Assembly (NCBI GenBank): GCA_964508755.1
Contig: CAZDUZ010000003.1
Span: forward strand, 1 to 45,862
Length of the DNA stretch: 45,862 bases
Origin: an uncultured Candidatus Saccharibacteria bacterium
GTDB lineage: Bacteria; Patescibacteriota; Dojkabacteria; SC72; JAFGCJ01
Direction: 5' to 3'
Of the stretch, positions 1 through 9,771 are shown in pieces; positions within the stretch are counted from its first letter, which is position 1; every line of letters begins with the position of its first letter. Under the pieces are notes generated by a model that was not told the DNA's origin, ran no database searches, and worked only from the letters and a program-made list of their open reading frames with translations. The position numbers and the translations under genes are program-made.

Positions 1-330
1 ATTAACAAGTTCTTCTTCTGCTACTTGCAAAGCTTCTTCTATGCTCAACTCCGGTACATAGCCTACCTCCCGTGCAAATTCTGCCTCAAAAAAACGGTCT
101 CTATTTACCGCCATATCAAGCGAAAAAAAGGATGCTAGATCAGCATCAATTGCTTTTCCTTCCTGTGGATCTGGATCCTTTGCTCCATTACCCTCTGCCC
201 CTGCCGATCTTAGAACTAACGCTGCATTGCGTTCTGCTGTTTCTTCTGATGTATCTTCAGACATGCATCCAGATCGTTCTTCAGCATCTCCTTCTATTAA
301 TTCTCTTCCTTCTTGATCCATAACAGTCAT
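1..330 (-). CDS. hypothetical protein, 5' part only (runs off the left edge)
   Basis: Hand translation of the minus strand from ATG at 330 gives 110 stop-free codons down to position 1 (MTVMDQEGRELIEGDAEERSG...ELSIEEALQVAEEELVN). Absent from the ORF track because there is no stop in the window. Acidic, no motif recognised. The overlapping + strand ORF 72..323 is leucine-rich and looks spurious. Confidence 0.35.
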   Translation of the reverse strand, partial: MTVMDQEGRELIEGDAEERSGCMSEDTSEETAERNAALVLRSAGAEGNGAKDPDPQEGKAIDADLASFFSLDMAVNRDRFFEAEFAREVGYVPELSIEEALQVAEEELVN

Positions 331-457
331 AGTAAAAGAAAAAGGAGAAGAAGACAAACCACAGATCCGATATAGTTACCAAGAAGGGAGCCCCTTCCGA
401 GACTCCCTTTCTACGCTCATACATTGATCGGAATAGATCAATGAGAAAGAACAGGCT

Positions 458-2095
<1,638 letters not shown>

Positions 2096-2121
2096 CTAAA
2101 TCAATAATAAATTAATAATAG

Positions 2122-2421
2122 TTACTTAACGACTGCAAGAATGTCATCTTCCTCGATGACAAGATAATCAATTTCATCAACGGTAACTTCGTCAGGTGAG
2201 TACTTTTTAAATAACACTGTATCCCCCACCTTTACAGAGAAATCAATCTTTTTACCTTCTTCATTTATCTTTCCAGTGCCCAACGCAACAATAACCCCCT
2301 GTTGAGGTTTCTCTTTCTCTGCGGTATCGGGAATGATAAGTCCGGAAGAAGTTACTTCTTCCTTCTCGAGCGGCTTTACAAGGACACGCCCGCATAATGG
2401 TTTTACCTTTATATCGGCCAT
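2122..2421 (-). CDS. groES: co-chaperonin GroES (Cpn10)
   Basis: 99 aa. KPLCGRVLVKPLEKEE...GLIIPDTAKEKPQQG pattern typical of Cpn10. Ends 29 nt upstream of groEL. Confidence 0.95.
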   Translation of the reverse strand: MADIKVKPLCGRVLVKPLEKEEVTSSGLIIPDTAEKEKPQQGVIVALGTGKINEEGKKIDFSVKVGDTVLFKKYSPDEVTVDEIDYLVIEEDDILAVVK

Positions 2422-2456
2422 ACGTTACAACGGATAACAAATTAAACGAGCAGGAT

Positions 2457-2483
2457 TTAGCATTCGATTTAACCGAGTGCTAG
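2457..2483 (-). promoter_or_regulatory. CIRCE operator (HrcA-binding inverted repeat)
   Basis: TTAGCATTC-N9-GAGTGCTAG versus consensus TTAGCACTC-N9-GAGTGCTAA. Sits 36-62 nt upstream of the groES start, immediately downstream of the promoter. Confidence 0.8.
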
Positions 2484-2489
2484 TTCGGG

Positions 2490-2518
2490 ATTATATGAAT
2501 GGAAAGAGTCGATGTCAA
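2490..2518 (-). promoter_or_regulatory. sigma70-type promoter of groES-groEL
   Basis: The minus strand reads TTGACA-N17-TATAAT (-35 at 2513..2518, -10 at 2490..2495). Both hexamers are perfect consensus and abut CIRCE. Confidence 0.7.
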
Positions 2519-2530
2519 CAGACAGAACGA

Positions 2531-3229
2531 TTATTGAGACACAGAGCCTTCTTCTGTATCCGACTCCTCATCTTCTTCTTTGAGAACCCCCACAATCCTC
2601 ATTCCACCCTCATCTAAATACAGCTTTTCCATCTTCCTTCCTGAATAGGTATCACCGGATACGAGAGACGTTGCATCTTTTACACCATCAGTAATTCCCT
2701 GACTCAAATAACCGAACGTTATACCCGCCAAAGAAAAGGGTCCGACTTTGACATCGTAAACGACGAAATCCACCGATCCTTCCGCTCTTTGCCATACATT
2801 TACCGTTATCCACCAGAGTTCCCAAAATTTAATGTACACCGTAAAAGAACGGTTATCACAGACAATACCGGCATCTTCATTATCAATATCCCAACCTTCT
2901 TTTAATGTATCCTCAATTAATACAGCTAACATATCACAGGTGAGGTTCATTGACTCGCGCTGTACTCTGCTCTGTTGAAAAGCTTTTAATCGCTTATTCA
3001 TTTCAGCTTTCACGGCTTTTCGGTTTGGAATTTCTTCTATTGCGGCCTGATTAATAATTGATTGGTTCTGCGACATCCAACTTTCATACCGCACGAGGAA
3101 AATGACCAGGGAAATGATCACCCCAATTGCAAACACAAAAAGAATAGATCCAAAAATAAAACTGCATCCACGAAAAACCGTTTTGAAAAAGATGGAAATC
3201 GAACGAAGTTTACTGCCCATGCTCAACAA
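2531..3229 (-). CDS. hypothetical membrane-anchored protein
   Basis: 232 aa. One N-terminal hydrophobic helix (FIFGSILFVFAIGVIISLVIFLV) and an acidic C-terminal tail. The ORF starts at TTG 3229; ATG at 3220 (MGSKLRS) is the more likely start. No family recognised. Confidence 0.5.
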   Translation of the reverse strand: MLSMGSKLRSISIFFKTVFRGCSFIFGSILFVFAIGVIISLVIFLVRYESWMSQNQSIINQAAIEEIPNRKAVKAEMNKRLKAFQQSRVQRESMNLTCDMLAVLIEDTLKEGWDIDNEDAGIVCDNRSFTVYIKFWELWWITVNVWQRAEGSVDFVVYDVKVGPFSLAGITFGYLSQGITDGVKDATSLVSGDTYSGRKMEKLYLDEGGMRIVGVLKEEDEESDTEEGSVSQ

Positions 3230-3286
3230 TTCTTAATATTACAATAATAACAGCACCTACTCCCCAATGATTCGCACCATGAACCC

Positions 3287-5143
3287 TTAATACCTGACGA
3301 TATCGGTCGGATCAAGAATTCCTCTAATTCTTTTTATACCCTTCTTCATCATCGTTGAAAAGATATCTGACTCTTTGATATCCATGACCTCACTAACTCC
3401 GATATAAGTTGCAATACCAGCTCCACCTACTAATAGAAAGAGTGAGATAATGGATATCACCGTGCTTGTGTCGATTTTAAAATTCCATAACTTATACAAA
3501 GAGTACATGATTGTAGTCATAACCCATACAGCAAAAAGTTTTTTGAGAGTAGGCTTCCAGAACCTTCTCCATGACAGAATTTTAATTCTCTTGTTTAAAA
3601 TAATGAGCAGAATGACAGCCTCGACAAGAAGCGCAATACCAGCACTAAGAGCTAAGCCACCCACGGCTGCAGGAGATGAATTTCGGGTAGTAAACCAGGT
3701 AATTGTTTCAGTCCAAAGCTCCCCGGAAAGCGCCGTGGTCCCATTCGCAATAGAAAAAATGAGAGGTCTCCAGTCATAGTAGTGACTAAAAAAGTTGGTA
3801 AATAAAATTGATCCGGCAATATTCACCCCAAGACTTATAAATGAAACTGCAACAGGAATCACTGTATCGTGCATCGCATAAAACGCCCTCACAACGAGAG
3901 CTAGTACAGAATGCATGAGGATAGCAATACCAAAGAGCGCAAGCACCCATGCGGTCATTACTGTATCTTCCCAGTCAAATGCACCCGCTCCAAGAACTAA
4001 ACGAACAATGGGAAGACGTAACACAACAAAGAACACTACCGCGGGCAGAACATAAAAAAGGATCTGCTGAAGTGAACGGGTAAATGTCTTTGCAAACTGC
4101 TCTAAGTCTCTCGATTGTCTATCATTTTCATCATTGAGAAGCGATAACTTTGATGATGCATTGTATTCCAACGACAAGGTTGGAAGAGCTGCCTGAGCAA
4201 TGGTGGTTCCCAGAAGCTGCACCGGCATAAGGTATAAGCTGCTCGCATATCTAAAAGCACTCAGGGCTCCGCTCCCAAGTCCAATACTAATAATGGTATT
4301 TACCAAAATACTAATCTGCTCCCCAATCAAACCAATAACACGGGGAAGCGCAAGACGTACAACACGCAATACGTCTGCATTGATAAAACTTCCCGTAAAG
4401 ATCAACTCAAGCTGTAATTTCTTTAGGAGCGGAATCTGAACGATTAAATGAAGAACCGATCCCAAAATTACTCCATACGCCAAACCTTCTACCCCCCACC
4501 CGAACAGTCCCGAAAAAAGAATGGCACCAATAATTATTCCGATGTTGTATAACAGCGGCGCAAGAGCTGGAAGGAAAAAACGCTTGTTAACCTGCAGACC
4601 CGCAGTAAGTATACTGCTCATCCCAAGAAGAATTGGCGAAAGAAGCATCATACGCATGAGACGAGCCATCAAATCCACATCCATTTGCGTAAATTCTCCA
4701 CCCTCAAAACCGAGCTCCCCTAACCCACCGCTCGAAACAAACTGCGCAGCTTGGGGTGCAAAGATAAAAGCTACAACACATAAAAGTACCATTACAACAA
4801 AGAATAATCGGAGGATGTCAGAAAACAGTTTCTTCAGAGTACCTTTTTCAAGGGCTTCCGCAAACGAAGGAATAAGCGCAGCGTTTACCGTACCTAAGAC
4901 GATAACATTGAAGATTATGTCAGGAACAGTAAAAGCCGCCCAAAATACATCAAGATCCTTCGACGCGCCAAATATGCGGGCAAATGCGTGTATCTTTGCA
5001 AAACCAACTATTTTGGTAAGGGCTACGAGCACCATCATGATAAAGGCAGCCGAAAGAATACCCTCCTGTCGGCCACCTATCAAGTTCTTCCCTTTTTCAA
5101 TACCTTTTTTCAGAACACTTACCAATCTTGAACACGTGATCAA
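3287..5143 (-). CDS. murJ: lipid II flippase MurJ/MviN family, with extended C-terminus
   Basis: 618 aa polytopic membrane protein. N-terminal block TKIVGFAKIHAFARIFGASKDLDVFWAAFTVPD matches the MurJ signature (SRxLGfxR...fG...DAfxxAfxxPn). TTG start. From memory it is roughly 90-100 aa longer than typical MurJ, with extra C-terminal hydrophobic segments. Confidence 0.85.
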   Translation of the reverse strand: MITCSRLVSVLKKGIEKGKNLIGGRQEGILSAAFIMMVLVALTKIVGFAKIHAFARIFGASKDLDVFWAAFTVPDIIFNVIVLGTVNAALIPSFAEALEKGTLKKLFSDILRLFFVVMVLLCVVAFIFAPQAAQFVSSGGLGELGFEGGEFTQMDVDLMARLMRMMLLSPILLGMSSILTAGLQVNKRFFLPALAPLLYNIGIIIGAILFSGLFGWGVEGLAYGVILGSVLHLIVQIPLLKKLQLELIFTGSFINADVLRVVRLALPRVIGLIGEQISILVNTIISIGLGSGALSAFRYASSLYLMPVQLLGTTIAQAALPTLSLEYNASSKLSLLNDENDRQSRDLEQFAKTFTRSLQQILFYVLPAVVFFVVLRLPIVRLVLGAGAFDWEDTVMTAWVLALFGIAILMHSVLALVVRAFYAMHDTVIPVAVSFISLGVNIAGSILFTNFFSHYYDWRPLIFSIANGTTALSGELWTETITWFTTRNSSPAAVGGLALSAGIALLVEAVILLIILNKRIKILSWRRFWKPTLKKLFAVWVMTTIMYSLYKLWNFKIDTSTVISIISLFLLVGGAGIATYIGVSEVMDIKESDIFSTMMKKGIKRIRGILDPTDIVRY

Positions 5144-5374
5144 ATGAAGCCGGATGTATCCGGAATAATGCAGAAATTCTGCTTAGCGACGCAATAGTAC
5201 CAAATTTTAACGTTTATTTCACGTTTTCAAAGGATACTTACGATGTACGAGAAGATATCCGGTACACCTCTCGAATGTAATCCACGCTCATATTAGTACA
5301 CATGAGGATCTTTTCCCAGAGTGGTGATGAAAATGTAGTTCAAATGTATCTTAGGTGTTTCTTAGGAGTCCGCC

Positions 5375-6175
5375 TTGAATCTGAAAACGGTCTTTTCGAT
5401 CCTACTCTCTTTCATGTACCCTCAGACTTGTATTTTTTGCGAAAAATACGGAAAAAGAGTGTGTCGTGACTGCATGAAAACACTATTAGCAAAAGCTCCT
5501 TCTGAGTGCATGGTATGCAGGAAACCTACCAATTGCTTTTCTACCCATGAAAAATGCAGACTTAATAATCCTATTCGTCAAGGCATTATCTGCTGGCAGT
5601 ACGATAAAAACGCAAAGCGAATGGTGAGAGAAATGAAAACAAGCCTAAATACCTCATTTATGCCATTGTTGGTAACCATGGCATTATTTATAAATTCTGA
5701 AATAATTCATCTTCTTACCGGAGGTAATTGTACACATATTATCCCCATTCCTACTTCGTCGGCACATCTGCGAAAAAGAGGATTCAATCAAGCGAATTTA
5801 ATTGCTCAAGAATTAGGAACAAGGTATAACGTACCTGTTACTAATATTATCCACAAAAGAAAAGAAGCCCAAAACCAGACAGGAAATAATAGAAAAAAGC
5901 GACTTACCCTATCACAAGATTCATTTTATTTATCACATACAGTTGCATTGCCTGAAATTACTAGCACGTTAGTTCTCATAGACGATATATGCACCACAGG
6001 AGCCACATTGAGAGCGTGCGCAACATTGCTTATGAATCACGGATTCAATGATATTCGAGCAATTACACTATTTCGGGGAAAATCGGTTAAGGGAAGACGG
6101 AATCCCACTAAAGATTGTATGAAAGAGATAATCATACGGGAAAAACGAAAATGGAAAGTAGAGAAATCAAAATAA
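5375..6175 (+). CDS. comF: ComF family protein (phosphoribosyltransferase domain)
   Basis: 266 aa. N-terminal Cys-rich zinc-finger-like segment (CIFCEKYGKRVCRDCM...CMVC) and C-terminal PRPP-binding motif LVLIDDICTTGATL. TTG start in the ORF track. Confidence 0.8.
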   Translation: MNLKTVFSILLSFMYPQTCIFCEKYGKRVCRDCMKTLLAKAPSECMVCRKPTNCFSTHEKCRLNNPIRQGIICWQYDKNAKRMVREMKTSLNTSFMPLLVTMALFINSEIIHLLTGGNCTHIIPIPTSSAHLRKRGFNQANLIAQELGTRYNVPVTNIIHKRKEAQNQTGNNRKKRLTLSQDSFYLSHTVALPEITSTLVLIDDICTTGATLRACATLLMNHGFNDIRAITLFRGKSVKGRRNPTKDCMKEIIIREKRKWKVEKSK

Positions 6176-6424
6176 TTAACTGCCACATCCGCAGCAACCC
6201 GAACAGTTTCCTCCGCAACTACCGCCTGAATCAGTGCTTGAAGATGAGGTATCAGAGCTTTCTTCAGAAGCGTTAGGAGATCCCGCTATTCGAGGAACTT
6301 CATACACTCTCGTCATTTCACAGCCACAATCATCGCATAAAGCCGTAAATTCGTCATATTCCTTTACTGACATTTCAAATTCTTTACTGCCTCCGCAGTC
6401 AGAGCATAAAAATTGGTATTTCAT
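6176..6424 (-). CDS. FmdB-family zinc-ribbon protein (CxxC_CxxC_SSSS type)
   Basis: MKYQFLCSDCG...CDDCGC zinc ribbon followed by a Ser-rich linker and a Cys/Gly tail (GGSCGGNCSGCCGCGS). ATG 6424 fits the family N-terminus better than the track start at 6445. Its stop codon abuts the comF stop (TAATTA). Confidence 0.75.
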   Translation of the reverse strand: MKYQFLCSDCGGSKEFEMSVKEYDEFTALCDDCGCEMTRVYEVPRIAGSPNASEESSDTSSSSTDSGGSCGGNCSGCCGCGS

Positions 6425-6467
6425 AAGCGGGAAGTATACGCCCAAAAATGAAATGTGTCATGTGTTA

Positions 6468-7343
6468 TCAAGCGGAAAGAAATGAGGATTGAATATTGGT
6501 TGGTTTAAAAGGAATTACTGAAAGGGGAAGGTGTAACTTCTTTGATAATGTTTGAGCAAGGTGATGAAGCTTATTCGCACGAGGAGACTGACAAGAATAC
6601 TGATTACCATAGGTATGGTTATATCTTTCAGCAAGACCGGGAAAAAGTTGCTGAAGTTTATGGTAGTAATATGAACGCTGACGGTCACGAAGAGTCATCC
6701 CTGTACTAAAAAGAACAAATTGGGCTCCGTGCTCTTTTGCTTTAATGAAAATATCCTCGACAGCTTGATCGCTATCCTCCAAGAACGGAAGCATTGGCAT
6801 GACTGTGATACCTGTGTATATTCCCTTTTGAGCAAAGGCACGCATAGTCTTCAAACGTGCTGATGGACGGGGAGCACCAGGTTCAATTTTCGATGCAAGA
6901 GCATCATCAGTAGTAGTAATCGTAAAATTGACACAGGCATATATTGAGGAAATCTGCTTAATTACTTCTAGATCATCTACTACTCGATCGCTTTTTGTCA
7001 GTAAGTGTAGAGGAAAATGGAAATCGGCAATGAATTTAAGCGCCTGACGGGTTAGATGGTATTTCTGCTCAGCGGGAGTATATGGATCACTCATAGCACC
7101 GGTTCCAATAGTCCCTACCCTCTTTTTTGAGTAAAGCTCCTTCCGAAGAACTTCAATTGCGTTTGTTTTCACAAGCACATCTGCAAAATTCTCAATACGA
7201 TAACACTCGCTTCGTGAATCACAGTAGATGCATTGATGTTCACATCCACGGTAAAGATTCATAGTATACAGGGTTCCGAACCAAGGATCAGGATTACCTT
7301 TACCACCGGAAAGAATTGTTTTGGCATTGGTTTCGATGTACAT
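6468..7343 (-). CDS. radical SAM protein (SplB/DNA-photolyase-like, COG1533-type)
   Basis: 291 aa. CxxxCxxC cluster motif CEHQCIYCDS near the N-terminus, with the length and layout of the stand-alone Rv2578c/SplB-like radical SAM group. Confidence 0.75.
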   Translation of the reverse strand: MYIETNAKTILSGGKGNPDPWFGTLYTMNLYRGCEHQCIYCDSRSECYRIENFADVLVKTNAIEVLRKELYSKKRVGTIGTGAMSDPYTPAEQKYHLTRQALKFIADFHFPLHLLTKSDRVVDDLEVIKQISSIYACVNFTITTTDDALASKIEPGAPRPSARLKTMRAFAQKGIYTGITVMPMLPFLEDSDQAVEDIFIKAKEHGAQFVLFSTGMTLRDRQRSYYYHKLQQLFPGLAERYNHTYGNQYSCQSPRANKLHHLAQTLSKKLHLPLSVIPFKPTNIQSSFLSA

Positions 7344-7355
7344 ACCTGTGCAATT

Positions 7356-8540
7356 CTATTCCATATTAATACCTGGATAGATAAGAGATACAATCTTTCG
7401 ACGAGACACAAGATCCAATGAAGCCTTCAGTTTCTCTCGATGCTGTTTATCACTCGGAAGAAAGTTTATCTCACCGACAGTAAACATTGCACCGAATTCT
7501 TTTGCTATTTTCTGCATTTCATCTACCTGCTGCTCGAACGTTAAAGGACTAGGTATGATTTTTCCCCTTTGTACTTCAGCAGAACCATGTTCTGGAACTT
7601 CTCGATAAGGATGAAAGCTAATTCTATCCACTAATTGAACAGAAACACCGTCTTGTTCCTGCAACCGCTTGACCTCGGTGAGAACTGAACGAATATACGT
7701 AGGATCATACAACGCAGTTCCTGCAATGGAAAGCTTAAGCAAAGGATGTGCCGTTTTTAGTTGTTTAGCAACCTTGTAATAGAAAGCAGCATACTCCAAT
7801 GGGTCTGACTTGGTAGCATGTTGTACTAAACCCTCAAATCGAGGAGCCGAATTTCTGGTAATATTTGTTTCATTTCCAAGTTCCAAATGTACGGTACTTC
7901 CTGTTAATTCTGCAACTTTCATACAAAGTCCGACATAACGATTCACTTGTTCATCTGTTTCTGGTACATCTGAACATTGCTGTAAATCAAGACGATGATC
8001 GTAAAATGGAACTACAAGGGTTATATCTGTACAATGTTCCCTTAGAAGTTCTAATTGTCTTATAAAGGAGGACGTAATACACACATCATATCCCCCAGCA
8101 ACGCCTTCTTTAATCGCATGAGCTGGAGATACTGGGGAAAATTCGCCTGCAGGATTAATTCGCACATGCTGCAAATTAGCACCAAAGGAAGAAATATACG
8201 AATTGAACTTTACAAGTTTTTCTTTTTCAGATTCCTTCCGACGATCGATTTCATCTTGAAAAACTCCTGATGCTATTGCGGAGTGAAGTTCATCAGATAG
8301 TTTACCATCCCGCTGAATGAGAAAGGTACAGAGTTCAATAAAAGAATAATCCATTCTCCCATCAACAATGAAGAATTGATCAAGGTTTAAACCGACATAC
8401 TCTGGGTCAGAAAGTACCAGTTCTCGTTCTTCTTCTACTAAACGTTCCCTATCTATGGCAGTAACATGCTCTAGAGTCTTGGTAGGATCTACTTCTGATT
8501 GAGGTAACTCAGTTTCCGAATTTTTCTTTGAACTGTCCAT
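7356..8540 (-). CDS. hypothetical protein with glycoside-hydrolase clan A (TIM barrel)-like catalytic motifs
   Basis: 394 aa, no signal peptide. Ordered motifs ELGNETN (Asn-Glu acid/base), SFHPY (His-x-Tyr) and FTVGEINF (Glu nucleophile) resemble GH5/GH39-type strands 4, 6 and 7. The coding call is solid; the function call is weak. Confidence 0.45.
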   Translation of the reverse strand: MDSSKKNSETELPQSEVDPTKTLEHVTAIDRERLVEEERELVLSDPEYVGLNLDQFFIVDGRMDYSFIELCTFLIQRDGKLSDELHSAIASGVFQDEIDRRKESEKEKLVKFNSYISSFGANLQHVRINPAGEFSPVSPAHAIKEGVAGGYDVCITSSFIRQLELLREHCTDITLVVPFYDHRLDLQQCSDVPETDEQVNRYVGLCMKVAELTGSTVHLELGNETNITRNSAPRFEGLVQHATKSDPLEYAAFYYKVAKQLKTAHPLLKLSIAGTALYDPTYIRSVLTEVKRLQEQDGVSVQLVDRISFHPYREVPEHGSAEVQRGKIIPSPLTFEQQVDEMQKIAKEFGAMFTVGEINFLPSDKQHREKLKASLDLVSRRKIVSLIYPGINME

Positions 8541-8636
8541 CGTTCAATGATAATCGATTGGTACGTAAAATTAAAATTGCCAAAGATATTGGTTCATATT
8601 TGCCTATCAATCGACTGCCCCCAATGATTTCTACAA

Positions 8637-9221
8637 CTACAGTGTTTTCTCCCCTGATTTGTATTCCATATACATATTTGGAATTTCTTTACCATTTGAA
8701 AGAATATCAGGTTTATAAGGATCGCTACATTCTACAAAACCGTGTTTTTTATAGAATGAAATCGCTGGGTAATTGTACTGTATCACACTGAGAGTCAGTC
8801 TTTTTTCAGGATGCCACGCTACTATTCTTTTCATCATCTCTGATCCGATACCCTTACCTCTGTATGGTTTCAAAATATACATCATTCCAAGGCGGACCGT
8901 TGTATCGTTTTCATGTGCAAGTGAAAAACCCACAATTTCTCCTTTGACGTCATAGACCAGAAGCCCGAAACTTCTGCGGAGCAAATCAAGTCTTCCTTCA
9001 CGCCAATGAGTTAGTATCTCTTCATCAGAACTATTACTAGCATTTTGATCATCCAGTATATCCTGTACCGTTATTCCGTTCTCCGGAGACACAAAATCAG
9101 TTACCCAAACAATATCTGATATTTCTAATACTCTTTTTACCGTTTCATCATATGTTAATTCATCAGAAAAGTTCCATGGTTCAATTCGGTAAGTCAGTTT
9201 TTCTGATTCCCCTGCGTTCAT
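8637..9221 (-). CDS. GNAT family N-acetyltransferase
   Basis: 194 aa. Motif A MMYILKPYRGKGIGSEMMKRIV (R-x-x-G-x-G) and C-terminal AISFYKKHGF. Confidence 0.8.
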   Translation of the reverse strand: MNAGESEKLTYRIEPWNFSDELTYDETVKRVLEISDIVWVTDFVSPENGITVQDILDDQNASNSSDEEILTHWREGRLDLLRRSFGLLVYDVKGEIVGFSLAHENDTTVRLGMMYILKPYRGKGIGSEMMKRIVAWHPEKRLTLSVIQYNYPAISFYKKHGFVECSDPYKPDILSNGKEIPNMYMEYKSGEKTL

Positions 9222-9266
9222 TGGAACTTATCAACAAAATAAACAAACCACATCTAAGCACGCAAG

Positions 9267-9284
9267 ACACGGAGAGGACAGGAT
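9267..9284. repeat. 18-bp direct repeat copy of the tRNA-Ser 3' end
   Basis: acacggagaggacaggat at 9267..9284 is identical to 9417..9434. That second copy is the last 15 nt of tRNA-Ser plus 3 nt of trailer. The flanking bases differ on both sides. Confidence 0.85.
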
Positions 9285-9419
9285 GACGCGGACTTTGTCC
9301 GCTAGCTACTCGCTCCGCTCGTAGAACGAACTTTGTTTGTGCTTCGCACAAACGTTTCTTATCTGGCGAACCTTGGTGTGTACAGCTATCCGCGCCTTCG
9401 GTGCGGACACCTGTACACA

Positions 9420-9509
9420 CGGAGAGGACAGGATTCGAACCTGCGGTACGGCTTAACGCCGTACGACGGTTTAGCAAACCGTTGCTTTCGACCACTCAGC
9501 CACCTCTCC
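9420..9509 (-). tRNA. tRNA-Ser (anticodon GCU), type II with long variable arm
   Basis: The 90-nt minus-strand sequence GGAGAGGTGGCTGAGTGGTCGAAAGCAACGGTTTGCTAAACCGTCGTACGGCGTTAAGCCGTACCGCAGGTTCGAATCCTGTCCTCTCCG folds as a cloverleaf. It has a 7-bp acceptor stem, anticodon stem ACGGT/ACCGT with loop TTGCTAA, a 6-bp variable arm (TACGGC/GCCGTA) and T-loop TTCGAAT. CCA is not encoded. Confidence 0.9.
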
Positions 9510-9714
9510 TATTACAAGAAGTACCACCGGAACTACAGCTAACAACCCAGAGCTTTTAAATCGTTAGTCACCAAACTCGCCCTATTATAAGCAAAAACCA
9601 AGGCCTACACAACGCAAAGAAGAAGGAGTGCTCATGAGAATGACGTATATGATTTAAGGAGTCGAGACGCAATATAATCCTTACATTCTAATCAAAGGTA
9701 ATCATATCGTCTTG

Positions 9715-9743
9715 TTGACAAAGAAAACCACTATTCATACAAT
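9715..9743 (+). promoter_or_regulatory. sigma70-type promoter of the ABC exporter gene
   Basis: TTGACA (9715..9720)-N17-TACAAT (9738..9743), 29 nt upstream of the ATG at 9772. Confidence 0.6.
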
Positions 9744-9771
9744 GAAACCGTAATTCGTAACTTTCCCTTTT

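Noticed and set aside
5847-5855. Perfect DnaA box TTATCCACA
   Set aside because: It is a single copy inside the comF coding sequence, with no cluster of boxes, AT-rich unwinding element or dnaA/dnaN nearby. It is not an origin.
9181-9542. ORFs 9181..9495 (-) and 9333..9542 (+)
   Set aside because: Both overlap the tRNA-Ser gene and the hairpin-rich segment downstream of it. Their length is explained by the GC-rich structured RNA sequence, not by coding.
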